A DNA stretch of 32,000 bases from Erysipelotrichaceae bacterium (GCA_028698185.1 JAQVDW010000005.1:1-32000); one strand, 5' to 3'. Shown: positions 8,490-16,805, counted from the first letter of the stretch. Notes: generated by a model from the letters alone, not told the origin. Program-made: numbers and translations.

Positions 8490-9467
8490 ATGATTAATCC
8501 CAATGAGCTGTTGCGAAAAGATATTTTTGGCATTGATGCATCTGAAATTGCCCGCAAGATCGAGGAGTTCATCGCCACCGAGTTCCTGGTATCAAACCGG
8601 AATAAGATTGTGGTCCCGATTTCCGGTGGCCTGGATTCGAGTGTGGTAGTGGCTTTGTGTGTCAGGGATGTAGGTCCCGACAAGGTTGTCGGATTGATGT
8701 TACCCGAATTATTCGGCAATCCCGAAGCGAACCGCTATGGCATAATGATAGCCAAAAGCCTTGGTATCGAGACAAAGAAAATAAACATAACGCCAGCTGC
8801 AATTGGTCTTGGCGGTTTCGACCCGTTTTTCTCCTTGATCTCGGGTCGCAAATATCTGGAAAAAATAATCGCCCGGCATATGGCGAAACGCTCCCATAGC
8901 GCTGGTCGGGATTATATGGCGTGGCTTCAAGGTGATTTGGACAAACCCGGCCGCAAGGTTGTCTTCAAGGTCAATTCCAAACAACGGATCAGACTATTGA
9001 TCACATACAAATATGCCGACAAGAACAATTGTCTTGTTGCGGGCTCCAGCCATCAGACCGAGGTGATGGTGGGGCTTTTTTGCAAATATGGGATCGATGA
9101 CTGTGCCGATATCATGCCTCTAAAAAACCTATACCGCAGCCACATTGTCCAACTGGCTGATTATCTTGAAATCCCGCCCAAAATCAGGAAACGGACGCCT
9201 AATCCGGACATAGTTCCCGGGGTAACCGACAAGTACCGCGGCTATTTCGGTTTGACTTCTGAATTGGTTGAGCTGATCATTGTCGGGTATCTGAACAATA
9301 TCGCGCCAAAACAAATTGCAACTGCGCTAAATATCGATGATGACAAGGTCGAAGCTGTAATTCTGGCCATTGAGTTATCCGAGCCTATGCGCAACCACTC
9401 CCGGGCCCCGGGATTCGATTTCTACTGGTCCAAACCCAGCAAACCAAAAAAGACATCGCGTGTTTGA
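8490..9467 (+). CDS. NAD+ synthetase-like PP-loop ATP pyrophosphatase (divergent NadE family)
   Basis: SGGLDSS PP-loop and CKYGIDDCADIMPLKNLYRSHIVQLADYLEIP resembling the NadE C-terminal half; start moved to ATG 8490 behind GGAGAGGAG (track start 8445). Confidence 0.7.
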   Translation: MINPNELLRKDIFGIDASEIARKIEEFIATEFLVSNRNKIVVPISGGLDSSVVVALCVRDVGPDKVVGLMLPELFGNPEANRYGIMIAKSLGIETKKINITPAAIGLGGFDPFFSLISGRKYLEKIIARHMAKRSHSAGRDYMAWLQGDLDKPGRKVVFKVNSKQRIRLLITYKYADKNNCLVAGSSHQTEVMVGLFCKYGIDDCADIMPLKNLYRSHIVQLADYLEIPPKIRKRTPNPDIVPGVTDKYRGYFGLTSELVELIIVGYLNNIAPKQIATALNIDDDKVEAVILAIELSEPMRNHSRAPGFDFYWSKPSKPKKTSRV

Positions 9468-9482
9468 CGGTGTCTTTTTTGG
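9446..9482. terminator. bidirectional terminator between the nadE-like gene and the P-type ATPase
   Basis: A5-GACATCG ... CGGTGTC-T6; the nadE-like stop codon lies in the loop. Confidence 0.7.
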
Positions 9483-9501
9483 TTGTGAAGCATATGGTTA
9501 A

Positions 9502-12010
9502 TTATTTCCTTTTTTTGAAAAATTTGACAAGCTCATACCAGATAACCGACACGGCAGCAAGAGCGACTACGGCAAGCATCTCCATCAAAGAAAGCGGCGC
9601 CAGGGATACGAAATCATTGAGTGGCGAATATATCGCGATGATAACCCCGGCGATTGTCAGGCCGGTTGCAAGCCACATGACCTTGTCTCTCGCGAGCTTT
9701 TTCATGGAACTGAGCGCATAGTCATGGTTGGAACTGTTGACTTGAACCAGGAAAATGTTGGCGATCATGATCGTTGCCAGCCCCATACTCCTTGCAACGG
9801 AAGCGCCAGCTTGGGCGATTTCCAGCATGTAGTAATAGATTCCAAAAGATGTGGCGAAAATAGCCAGCCCCTGGATCGTGCTTTTTACCAGGATTGCTCC
9901 GGTGAGCAGCTGTTCCTTTGGATTGCGCGGCGGGCGGACCATAAGATCCGATTCAGCCGGCTGCCGTTCTAGTACGATCGAACAGGTCGGATCGATAATC
10001 AATTCGAGCAGGACGACATGAAGTGGCAACAGGAACAAGGACTGTGAAGGAATGTTGAGCAACGGAGCCAGCAATGAAGCGAAGGCTATCGGGATATGGA
10101 TTACAAAGACGTAACCTATGGCTTTGCGAATGTTGTCATAAAGCCGGCGGCCATCCCTGATTGTTTCGACTATGGTCGAGAAGTTGTCATCCATCAAGAT
10201 CAAATCGGCGGCTTCCCGGGAAACATCACTTCCTCTTTTGCCCATGGCAATTCCGATATCCGCGAATTTCAAGGCCGGAGCGTCGTTTACGCCATCCCCG
10301 GTCATCGCCACGATTTCCCCGTTTTCTTTGAAGGCTTTGACGATCCGCATCTTATGTTCAGGAATAACCCTTGAGAAGATGCTGCCGGTTTTGATCGCTT
10401 CTTTCATCTGGTTGTCGTCCATTTGGTCAATCATGGCCCCGGTGATGATTTCATCCGCATTGTCCATTCCAATTTTCTTGGCGATCGAAGAAGCGGTAGC
10501 GCCGTTGTCGCCGGTGATCAAGACCACTTTGATTCCGGCCCTCTTGCACGATTCGATGTCCGCTTCTACGTTTTCGCGGGGCGGATCCATAAGACCGATC
10601 AGACCTTCGAATTCTAGGTGGCACTGCAATATGGATTCGGGGATGGAAGTGACATCGTCAATCGTGCAGCTGCCTACGGCAATAACCCGCAGGCCTTCCT
10701 TTGACAATTCCATCGCTGCCGTTTCAATTGCTTCAAGCTGCGAACTGTCGAGGTGGCACAGGGGGATTATACTTTCATATGCCCCTTTGGCATTGAGGGT
10801 CAGGCTGTCATCAAGTCGCCAGATGTGACCCATCATCTTCAATTCATTGGTGAAGGAATACTCGCTGACGAGTTCCCCTTTGAGAATATCCTCCTTGGAA
10901 AAACCGTGGGTTTCACAGTACTCGAGAATTGCTTTTTCCATCGGGTCATAGGTTTCGGTTTCACAAGCCAGACCCATTACTCTGGTCATCCGGCCATCTC
11001 CGTCATTCATTGTGAATGTTTTCGCGACTTTCATCTGGTTCATCGTGATGGTTCCGGTCTTGTCGACGCACAGAACCGAAATGGAGCCTAGCGTTTCGAC
11101 CGCGGCCAGTTTCTTGATCAGTGAATTCTTTTTCGCCAGGCGCCAGGCTCCCATTGACAGGAATACTGTCAGGATGACCGGAAATTCCTCGGGGATCATG
11201 GCCATGGCCAGGGTTACCCCGGCTAATATGCCGTGGATGATCCGTTCATTGATCGAATCGTTGGCCATGTTGAGGAAAGTGATTAAGCCCACAGTCACAA
11301 ACAGGATCCCGGCGATTATTGCACATGTTTTCACCAGCTGGTCGATCTGGATTTTCAAAGGGTTGGGATCTTCAATGGCATTGACGACATTCAAACCGAT
11401 TTTTCCGTATTCGGTTTTGCTGCCGATTGCGGCAACTTTGATGTATCCTGAACCTTGGGTCGCCAGGGTTCCGGCATAACAATAATCGTCGCGCCAGTAG
11501 TCGGTGATCACGGCGAATCGGTCATAATTGGTTTTCCATACTCCTTGCGATTCGCCTGTAAGCGATGATTCGTCGACACAAAGATCGTTGCTCTTGAGGA
11601 CGTATCCGTCCGCGGGAATCTTGATTCCCTCATGGATGATCATGATGTCGTCAGGGACCAGGTCGACACTGTCGATTACCATTTCACTGCCATCGCGGAT
11701 TACGGTTTGTGGGGGCTGACAACTCTTTTAGTGCCGCCAGGGTCTTGTCGGTCTTCCATTCTTGGATGACGTCGATTGCGATTATTCCCACGACAAACAC
11801 AAGCATAATCGCCCCGTCGCGGGGTTCGCCGAGGATGAAGTAGACTACGGCGGCGACCATCAGCAGGATGAACATCGGTTCACTGAGGATCGACAATATT
11901 TTTTTGAAGAAGGATTCCGGTTTTTCCTGGGTCAGCTCGTTCTTTCCATGGATTTTCTGGCCTTCATGGGCCTCTTGGGTCGTCAGACCGGTCAGTTTTT
12001 TTTGTTCCAT
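9502..12010 (-). pseudogene. P-type cation-transporting ATPase (P2/Ca2+-ATPase-like), interrupted by a frameshift
   Basis: Two adjacent ORFs. 11684-12010 (108 aa) carries the Cation_ATPase_N-like LTTQEAHEGQKIHGKNEL and TM1-2. 9502-11682 (726 aa) carries DKTGTIT, TGDN and TGDGVNDAPALK. The frames join at a C5 run (plus-strand G5 at 11711-11715). Confidence 0.85.
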
Positions 12011-12034
12011 TTTTTAATTCTCCTTTGGTTTGGT

Positions 12035-12073
12035 AAAAAAAAACATCCAGGAACAATAAGAGTCCCACAGATG
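12035..12073 (-). terminator. terminator-like hairpin plus U9 in the 5' leader of the ATPase
   Basis: Minus strand CATCTGTGG...CCTGGATG followed by T9, 8 nt before the AAGGAG RBS. Confidence 0.45.
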
Positions 12074-12167
12074 TGCATTCGCAAACTGCTGCCAAAAACG
12101 GCCCGGCAATCGTGCGTCGATTTGATTGCCTGAATTATTAAATCTGAACATGTTGCTTTACACCTAC

Positions 12168-12197
12168 ATTTTAACTTAGGGCCTATATGTTTGTCAA
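12168..12197 (-). promoter_or_regulatory. sigma-A type promoter for the ATPase leader
   Basis: Minus strand TTGACA - 18 nt - TAAAAT. Confidence 0.55.
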
Positions 12198-12208
12198 CGG
12201 GTGACAAA
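12190..12208. promoter_or_regulatory. inverted repeat overlapping the -35 (candidate operator)
   Basis: TTTGTCA-N5-TGACAAA. Confidence 0.4.
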
Positions 12209-12400
12209 TGCATTATGGTGTTGAACTCCGATGAATCATCCAGTTCCCTTGCAATCATTCCCGGGCATCGGTTTTATCGGTTTAGGTTTTCCCGATTTAT
12301 CCTGTGCAAAAAATTGAATAGACAGTTTGACGCGGTAGTACTACAATATATGTAGGAACTACTATTAAATTTGGTCCGGAACGGGAAAATGAGGAAGCGC

Positions 12401-12793
12401 ATGAACTTGACGTATTGGGAAATTACATTGCGAATATCTAATGCCCAGGAACTTGTGCGCCAGGGAATGCTTGAAAAAGTGAGTTTCCAACTGGAAGTTC
12501 TTGCCGGGGGCGCTCCCATCTGGTGCTTATATCATGATTACCTGATGCTGGAAATAAAAAACGTGGCTTGTGGCGGCGATGATATAAACCCTCATGCCCC
12601 CAGGTCGCATCGGGATCTTGAAAAGGTGATAGCTGCACTGGTACAGCTGCTTTTCGATTGCGAGATTACGGCCTGGATGATGTACAGGGATTCCATCGGT
12701 TCCCATTATGTCACGTTCTTCAATAATTATCAAAGTCACCATATCACGAAAACTTCCAGTGAAATCGAATTTGTGTTCGGTGATTACAAATAA
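12401..12793 (+). CDS. hypothetical protein (no recognisable family)
   Basis: Open frame of 130-140 aa; start ambiguous (12371, 12389 or 12401); no motif recognised. Confidence 0.45.
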   Translation: MNLTYWEITLRISNAQELVRQGMLEKVSFQLEVLAGGAPIWCLYHDYLMLEIKNVACGGDDINPHAPRSHRDLEKVIAALVQLLFDCEITAWMMYRDSIGSHYVTFFNNYQSHHITKTSSEIEFVFGDYK

Positions 12794-12868
12794 AATGTGA
12801 ACGCCCGTCGACTCTGGCCGGGCGGATTGATATTTCTTTTTGAAGACAGTCTGTCTTGGAGGTGTCCC

Positions 12869-13114
12869 ATGATAATATTATATGTTTCCTTATTTGTTGC
12901 GGTGGCGATTGTCAATCTTGTGAAGTTTATGGTTTTCAAGCGGGAAATTCCTTTTTTTATCCTGACTGATTCCAAATGGCGCTGGCCGGTTCTAGGAATA
13001 ACCATAGCGATGTTCATTGCGGTGTTCTCTGGAGTCCATTACAAATATCTGTTGTTCTGGCTGGTGTTTATCGAGATAGCTGACTTCGCTGCCTACCTGG
13101 TCAAAAACAACTGA
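12869..13114 (+). CDS. small integral membrane protein (about 81 aa, 3 predicted TM segments)
   Basis: GGAGGTG RBS at 12858-12864 then ATG 12869; hydrophobic segments MIILYVSLFVAVAIVNLV, VLGITIAMFIAVFSG and LLFWLVFIEIADFAAYL. Confidence 0.55.
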   Translation: MIILYVSLFVAVAIVNLVKFMVFKREIPFFILTDSKWRWPVLGITIAMFIAVFSGVHYKYLLFWLVFIEIADFAAYLVKNN

Positions 13115-13275
13115 AGTCGAAATCCGGCAATTACGTTGGCCGATTTTCAAATCATATTCCTCTGTTAAAATTTATATTTCCTGACAACCAGAATCGCAGC
13201 TGTAGATAACGGAAAAATTGCCAAAGGTCACGCAAAACCATGCCCGGTTTTGCGTGGCAAGAGGATAAGAATAAA

Positions 13276-13331
13276 GTTGAAATTATCATCATGGGCTTAC
13301 AATGTTGAGATTATCATCATGAGCTTACAAT
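13276..13331 (+). repeat. tandem 28 bp direct repeat (2 copies, 26/28 identical)
   Basis: GTTGAAATTATCATCATGGGCTTACAAT / GTTGAGATTATCATCATGAGCTTACAAT; each copy has TTGAAA/TTGAGA and TACAAT promoter-like hexamers. Confidence 0.9.
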
Positions 13332-13386
13332 GTAGTTGGGACTTCAGCATAATTAATTGAAAATAATGTTTCAAGAGGTGGAGATT

Positions 13387-14262
13387 ATGAAAAAGATTAT
13401 CAGTTTTGCCGTTGTTTTAATGGTGGTGGTGGGGATGCTTTCGGGTTGCGAGTCCGCATCGAACACCAAGATCAGTTCACTCGTTGTTGACGGGGACTGG
13501 ATTTACTTTACGGATTCCAATGACAATGGTCTTTACAGGATGGATGTCGAGATGATGGAAAAAAACCGGATAGCCAACGGCGCCGATAACATTATTGTCC
13601 AAAACGATGTGATCTATTATGTTGATGAGCAGGGCTCGATTGCCAAAATGAATAGCGATGGTACGGGCAATTCCTTGATTGTAGATCTAGGAGGCAACAA
13701 CCTAATGACTTTCACGGTCGCGGGGGAATGGGTCTACTACGTCGAGAAACCAGGGGCCATCTATCGGATAAAGGCTGATGGCACCGCCAAAAGCAAGGTC
13801 ACCCAGCTTGATTTTTTCAAGGGAGGTCTTGAAGCCGATGACCAGGGCATATGTGTGGAAGCAAATGGGGACCTTTACAAAATCTCGTTTGACGGGGCTG
13901 TAGAAACGGAAATGGCACAAAATGGCGAACTGTTAGACGTCAATGACGGCTGGATCTATTATGCCGATGCCACCCAGCAGTCAGAAACCCGGGATATTTA
14001 CAAAATAAGAACCGACGGCACCGGTACGGTGAAAATCTGCTCGGGAGTCTTCTATGCCATTGTTGACTTGAAGCTTTATTACTTCGACGCGGATGAGTGG
14101 CTGGTCCAAAGCAATCTCGATGGCAGCGAACCGAAGCAATTGAATAACATATCGATGTTCTCGCCAAGAGGGATAACAAGCAACTATGTATTCTTTATCG
14201 AATACTCGGGAGCCGCTTATCGGATGAATCTCGATGGCAGCGACAAGACCCGGGTCCAATAG
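13387..14262 (+). CDS. lipoprotein with DUF5050-like beta-propeller repeats
   Basis: Signal peptide plus lipobox MKKIISFAVVLMVVVGMLSGC; repeated W(I/V)YY...IY(R/K)...DG(T/S) units; RBS AGAGGTGGAG (track start 13357). Confidence 0.8.
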   Translation: MKKIISFAVVLMVVVGMLSGCESASNTKISSLVVDGDWIYFTDSNDNGLYRMDVEMMEKNRIANGADNIIVQNDVIYYVDEQGSIAKMNSDGTGNSLIVDLGGNNLMTFTVAGEWVYYVEKPGAIYRIKADGTAKSKVTQLDFFKGGLEADDQGICVEANGDLYKISFDGAVETEMAQNGELLDVNDGWIYYADATQQSETRDIYKIRTDGTGTVKICSGVFYAIVDLKLYYFDADEWLVQSNLDGSEPKQLNNISMFSPRGITSNYVFFIEYSGAAYRMNLDGSDKTRVQ

Positions 14263-14288
14263 GATATCTGGAAAATGGACAAATAAAA

Positions 14289-14313
14289 AACGCTCCAATT
14301 AGCTTGGAGCGTT
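14289..14313 (-). terminator. 10 bp hairpin; U-tract only on the minus strand (terminates tRNA-Leu(GAG), may also stop the plus-strand gene)
   Basis: AACGCTCCAA-TTAGC-TTGGAGCGTT; minus strand continues TTTTATTT. Confidence 0.65.
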
Positions 14314-14323
14314 GCTTGCTGTA

Positions 14324-14408
14324 TGGTGCGGCAGACCGGACTTGAACCGACACGGAATAATCCATAAGTCCCTCAAACTTACGTGTATACCAATTTCACC
14401 ACTGCCGC
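14324..14408 (-). tRNA. tRNA-Leu(GAG)
   Basis: Acceptor GCGGCAG/CTGCCGC, anticodon stem TAAGT/ACTTA, loop TTGAGGG, long variable arm, encoded CCA. Confidence 0.9.
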
Positions 14409-14416
14409 ATGAATTG

Positions 14417-14445
14417 ATAATACCACAATCATATCCTTTTGTGAA
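14417..14445 (-). promoter_or_regulatory. promoter for tRNA-Leu(GAG)
   Basis: Minus strand TTCACA - 17 nt - TGG TATTAT (extended -10), 8 nt before the tRNA 5' end. Confidence 0.6.
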
Positions 14446-14820
14446 GATAAAAATGAAAAATTATTGTTCTCTCTGTTCTCTTTGCCCTGGCGAAAAGTGA
14501 TCGCACGCAAAATTTCGAAACAATTAGACTTAGCCAAATGATAAAACCAGGGGAATTCGCAAATTAAGCTGAATGAAATATTTACATATATAAGGATAGG
14601 ATTCCAGAAAAGCAGGTTTCCAGGAGTAGGAGAATGGATTTGCCATAGCAAAAATTAATCAAATGCAGTCCTAGGGGTTGCCTGTTCGAATACCCCGCCA
14701 GTAAATGTCGCCAATGTATAGCAGAAAATTGAAAGAATCGAATCCCGAGCGCGGTTTTGTCGATACAATCGGTATAAATCACATTCATCAAAAAATGTCA
14801 AAAAAAGATTGAAATTCCAC

Positions 14821-14849
14821 TTGCAAAAGAGGGGGCAATCATGTATAGT
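14821..14849 (+). promoter_or_regulatory. upstream promoter P1 of the tRNA array
   Basis: TTGCAA - 17 nt - TATAGT. Confidence 0.55.
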
Positions 14850-14929
14850 TATACGTGCCTGTTAGATAACATTCGAGCAATGATTATCGGTAAGCTTGAA
14901 ACAGTTGAGAAAAAAACTTAAATTAATCA

Positions 14930-14958
14930 TTGCAAATGAGGAAAGTTTGGTTTATAAT
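14930..14958 (+). promoter_or_regulatory. promoter P2 of the tRNA array
   Basis: TTGCAA - 17 nt - TATAAT, 20 nt upstream of tRNA-Cys. Confidence 0.75.
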
Positions 14959-14978
14959 AATAAGGCAGCATTTAATAC

Positions 14979-15053
14979 GGTTCCATAGCCAAGTTGGTAA
15001 GGCAGCAGACTGCAACTCTGCGATCGTCGGTTCAAGTCCGGCTGGAACCTCCA
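14979..15053 (+). tRNA. tRNA-Cys(GCA)
   Basis: Anticodon stem GCAGA/TCTGC, loop CTGCAAC, discriminator T73, encoded CCA. Confidence 0.92.
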
Positions 15054-15058
15054 TTAAT

Positions 15059-15147
15059 GCCCAGGTGGCGAAATTGGTAGACGCACAGGACTTAAAATCC
15101 TGCGGACCTTAAAATCCGTGACGGTTCGACTCCGTCCCTGGGCACCA
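15059..15147 (+). tRNA. tRNA-Leu(UAA)
   Basis: Stem CAGGA/TCCTG, loop CTTAAAA, long variable arm, CCA. Confidence 0.92.
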
Positions 15148-15162
15148 TTTCAAAAAATAGTG

Positions 15163-15191
15163 TTGACAAATCGAAAACTCTGTGTTAAGAT
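15163..15191 (+). promoter_or_regulatory. internal promoter P3 inside the tRNA array
   Basis: TTGACA - 17 nt - TAAGAT, between tRNA-Leu(UAA) and tRNA-Arg. Confidence 0.6.
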
Positions 15192-15207
15192 ACGTAAGCA
15201 TTCTTAA

Positions 15208-15284
15208 GCGCTAGTAGCTCAATAGGATAGAGTACTTGGCTACGGACCAAGAGGTTATGGGTTCGATTCCTGTCTAGCGCGCCA
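15208..15284 (+). tRNA. tRNA-Arg(ACG)
   Basis: Stem CTTGG/CCAAG, loop CTACGGA, CCA. Confidence 0.92.
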
Positions 15285-15287
15285 GTA

Positions 15288-15364
15288 CGGGAAGTAGCAC
15301 AGCTTGGTAGTGCACCTGGTTTGGGACCAGGGGGTCGCAGGTTCAAATCCTGTCTTCCCGACCA
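15288..15364 (+). tRNA. tRNA-Pro(UGG)
   Basis: Stem CCTGG/CCAGG, loop TTTGGGA, CCA. Confidence 0.92.
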
Positions 15365-15379
15365 TTTAAAAAACAATTT

Positions 15380-15455
15380 GGGGCCTTAGCTCAGCTGGGA
15401 GAGCACCTGCCTTGCACGCAGGGGGTCAACGGTTCGATCCCGTTAGGCTCCACCA
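15380..15455 (+). tRNA. tRNA-Ala(UGC)
   Basis: GGGGCCT acceptor with G3:U70, loop CTTGCAC, CCA. Confidence 0.92.
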
Positions 15456-15475
15456 AATTTATTTTTCACCCTTAT

Positions 15476-15552
15476 GGCGGGGTAGCTCAGTTGGCTAGAG
15501 CAATCGGTTCATACCCGGTGGGTCGGGGGTTCGAATCCCTTCCCCGCTACCA
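15476..15552 (+). tRNA. tRNA-Met(CAU), elongator type
   Basis: Loop TTCATAC; GGCGGGG acceptor; lacks initiator features. Confidence 0.8.
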
Positions 15553-15585
15553 ATTAAGCTAAATAGCTGTATCAATATTTAAAGC

Positions 15586-15678
15586 GGAGGTTTACCCAAG
15601 TCCGGCTGAAGGGATCGGTCTTGAAAACCGACAGGCGGGGAAACTCGCGCGGGGGTTCGAATCCCTCAACCTCCGCCA
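15586..15678 (+). tRNA. tRNA-Ser(UGA)
   Basis: Stem TCGGT/ACCGA, loop CTTGAAA, long variable arm, CCA. Confidence 0.92.
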
Positions 15679-15714
15679 TTTTTTCTTAAAGCATCAATAA
15701 AGCATCACTATTAT

Positions 15715-15791
<77 letters not shown>

Positions 15792-15796
15792 AATTT

Positions 15797-15873
15797 GGTC
15801 TGGTAGTTCAGTTGGTTAGAATGCCGCCCTGTCACGGCGGAGGTCGCGGGTTCGAGTCCCGTCCAGACCGCCA
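15797..15873 (+). tRNA. tRNA-Asp(GUC)
   Basis: Stem CCGCC/GGCGG, loop CTGTCAC, CCA. Confidence 0.92.
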
Positions 15874-15878
15874 ATTTT

Positions 15879-15954
15879 GGTTCCATAGCTCAGTCGGTAG
15901 AGCAAAGGATTGAAAATCCTTGTGTCGCTGGTTCGATTCCGGCTGGAACCACCA
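15879..15954 (+). tRNA. tRNA-Phe(GAA)
   Basis: Stem AAGGA/TCCTT, loop TTGAAAA, CCA. Confidence 0.92.
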
Positions 15955-15971
15955 TTTTTCATAAGTATTAT

Positions 15972-16048
15972 GCGCTAGTAGCTCAATAGGATAGAGTACT
16001 TGGCTACGGACCAAGAGGTTATGGGTTCGATTCCTGTCTAGCGCGCCA
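15972..16048 (+). tRNA. tRNA-Arg(ACG), copy 2
   Basis: Identical to 15208-15284. Confidence 0.92.
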
Positions 16049-16051
16049 GTT

Positions 16052-16128
16052 CGGGAAGTAGCACAGCTTGGTAGTGCACCTGGTTTGGGACCAGGGGGTC
16101 GCAGGTTCAAATCCTGTCTTCCCGACCA
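16052..16128 (+). tRNA. tRNA-Pro(UGG), copy 2
   Basis: Identical to 15288-15364. Confidence 0.92.
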
Positions 16129-16143
16129 TTTAAAAAACAATTT

Positions 16144-16219
16144 GGGGCCTTAGCTCAGCTGGGAGAGCACCTGCCTTGCACGCAGGGGGTCAACGGTTCG
16201 ATCCCGTTAGGCTCCACCA
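16144..16219 (+). tRNA. tRNA-Ala(UGC), copy 2
   Basis: Identical to 15380-15455. Confidence 0.92.
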
Positions 16220-16246
16220 AATTTAAAATAATGATCCTATAAAGAT

Positions 16247-16323
16247 GGCGGGGTAGCTCAGTTGGCTAGAGCAATCGGTTCATACCCGGTGGGTCGGGGG
16301 TTCGAATCCCTTCCCCGCTACCA
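16247..16323 (+). tRNA. tRNA-Met(CAU) elongator, copy 2
   Basis: Identical to 15476-15552. Confidence 0.8.
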
Positions 16324-16327
16324 TAAT

Positions 16328-16404
16328 GGACCCTTAGCTCAGTTGGTTAGAGCTATCGGCTCATAACCGATCGGTCGTTGGTTCGAGTCCAACAGGGTCC
16401 ACCA
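16328..16404 (+). tRNA. CAU-anticodon tRNA, probably tRNA-Ile2 (lysidine-modified)
   Basis: GGACCCT acceptor, loop CTCATAA, perfect T arm GTTGG/CCAAC. Overall resemblance to Bacillus-type tRNA-Ile(CAU) is from memory. Present only in the second repeat unit. Confidence 0.65.
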
Positions 16405-16427
16405 TATCATTATTTGTTTCATAAAGC

Positions 16428-16520
16428 GGAGGTTTACCCAAGTCCGGCTGAAGGGATCGGTCTTGAAAACCGACAGGCGGGGAAACTCGCGCGGGGGTTC
16501 GAATCCCTCAACCTCCGCCA
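16428..16520 (+). tRNA. tRNA-Ser(UGA), copy 2
   Basis: Identical to 15586-15678. Confidence 0.92.
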
Positions 16521-16556
16521 TTTTTTCTTAAAGCATCAATAAAGCATCACTATTAT

Positions 16557-16633
<77 letters not shown>

Positions 16634-16638
16634 AATTT

Positions 16639-16715
16639 GGTCTGGTAGTTCAGTTGGTTAGAATGCCGCCCTGTCACGGCGGAGGTCGCGGGTTCGAGTC
16701 CCGTCCAGACCGCCA
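16639..16715 (+). tRNA. tRNA-Asp(GUC), copy 2
   Basis: Identical to 15797-15873. Confidence 0.92.
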
Positions 16716-16720
16716 ATTTT

Positions 16721-16796
16721 GGTTCCATAGCTCAGTCGGTAGAGCAAAGGATTGAAAATCCTTGTGTCGCTGGTTCGATTCCGGCTGGAACCACCA
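16721..16796 (+). tRNA. tRNA-Phe(GAA), copy 2
   Basis: Identical to 15879-15954. Confidence 0.92.
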
Positions 16797-16805
16797 TTTG
16801 CTTGC

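Noticed and set aside
8176-8719. ORFs 8176-8448, 8252-8497 (plus strand) and 8378-8719 (minus strand) in and around the folC/nadE-like spacer
   Set aside because: The spacer is explained by a terminator (8263-8320) and a consensus promoter (8390-8418). The ORFs have no RBS and their sequences are implausible.
11992-12519. Minus-strand ORFs 11992-12258 (88 aa) and 12274-12519 (81 aa), and plus-strand ORF 11762-12133
   Set aside because: They cover the ATPase promoter/leader region or run antisense to the N-terminal ATPase fragment. There is no coding evidence.
13229-13256. 11 bp perfect hairpin CACGCAAAACC-ATGCCC-GGTTTTGCGTG considered as a terminator
   Set aside because: Neither strand has a U-tract after it, and it lies 115 nt beyond the preceding stop codon. 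Its function is unclear, and it is only mentioned under the orphan-gene cluster.
14674-14754. tRNA-like fragments GGGGTTGCCTGTTCGAATACCCCGCCA (14674-14700) and GAATCGAATCCCGAGCGCGG (14735-14754) in the spacer upstream of the tRNA array
   Set aside because: A TTCGAAT T-loop-like core is present, but no cloverleaf can be built: there is no D arm or anticodon arm and the T stem does not pair in register. They may be decayed tRNA remnants, but this is not supportable as a feature.
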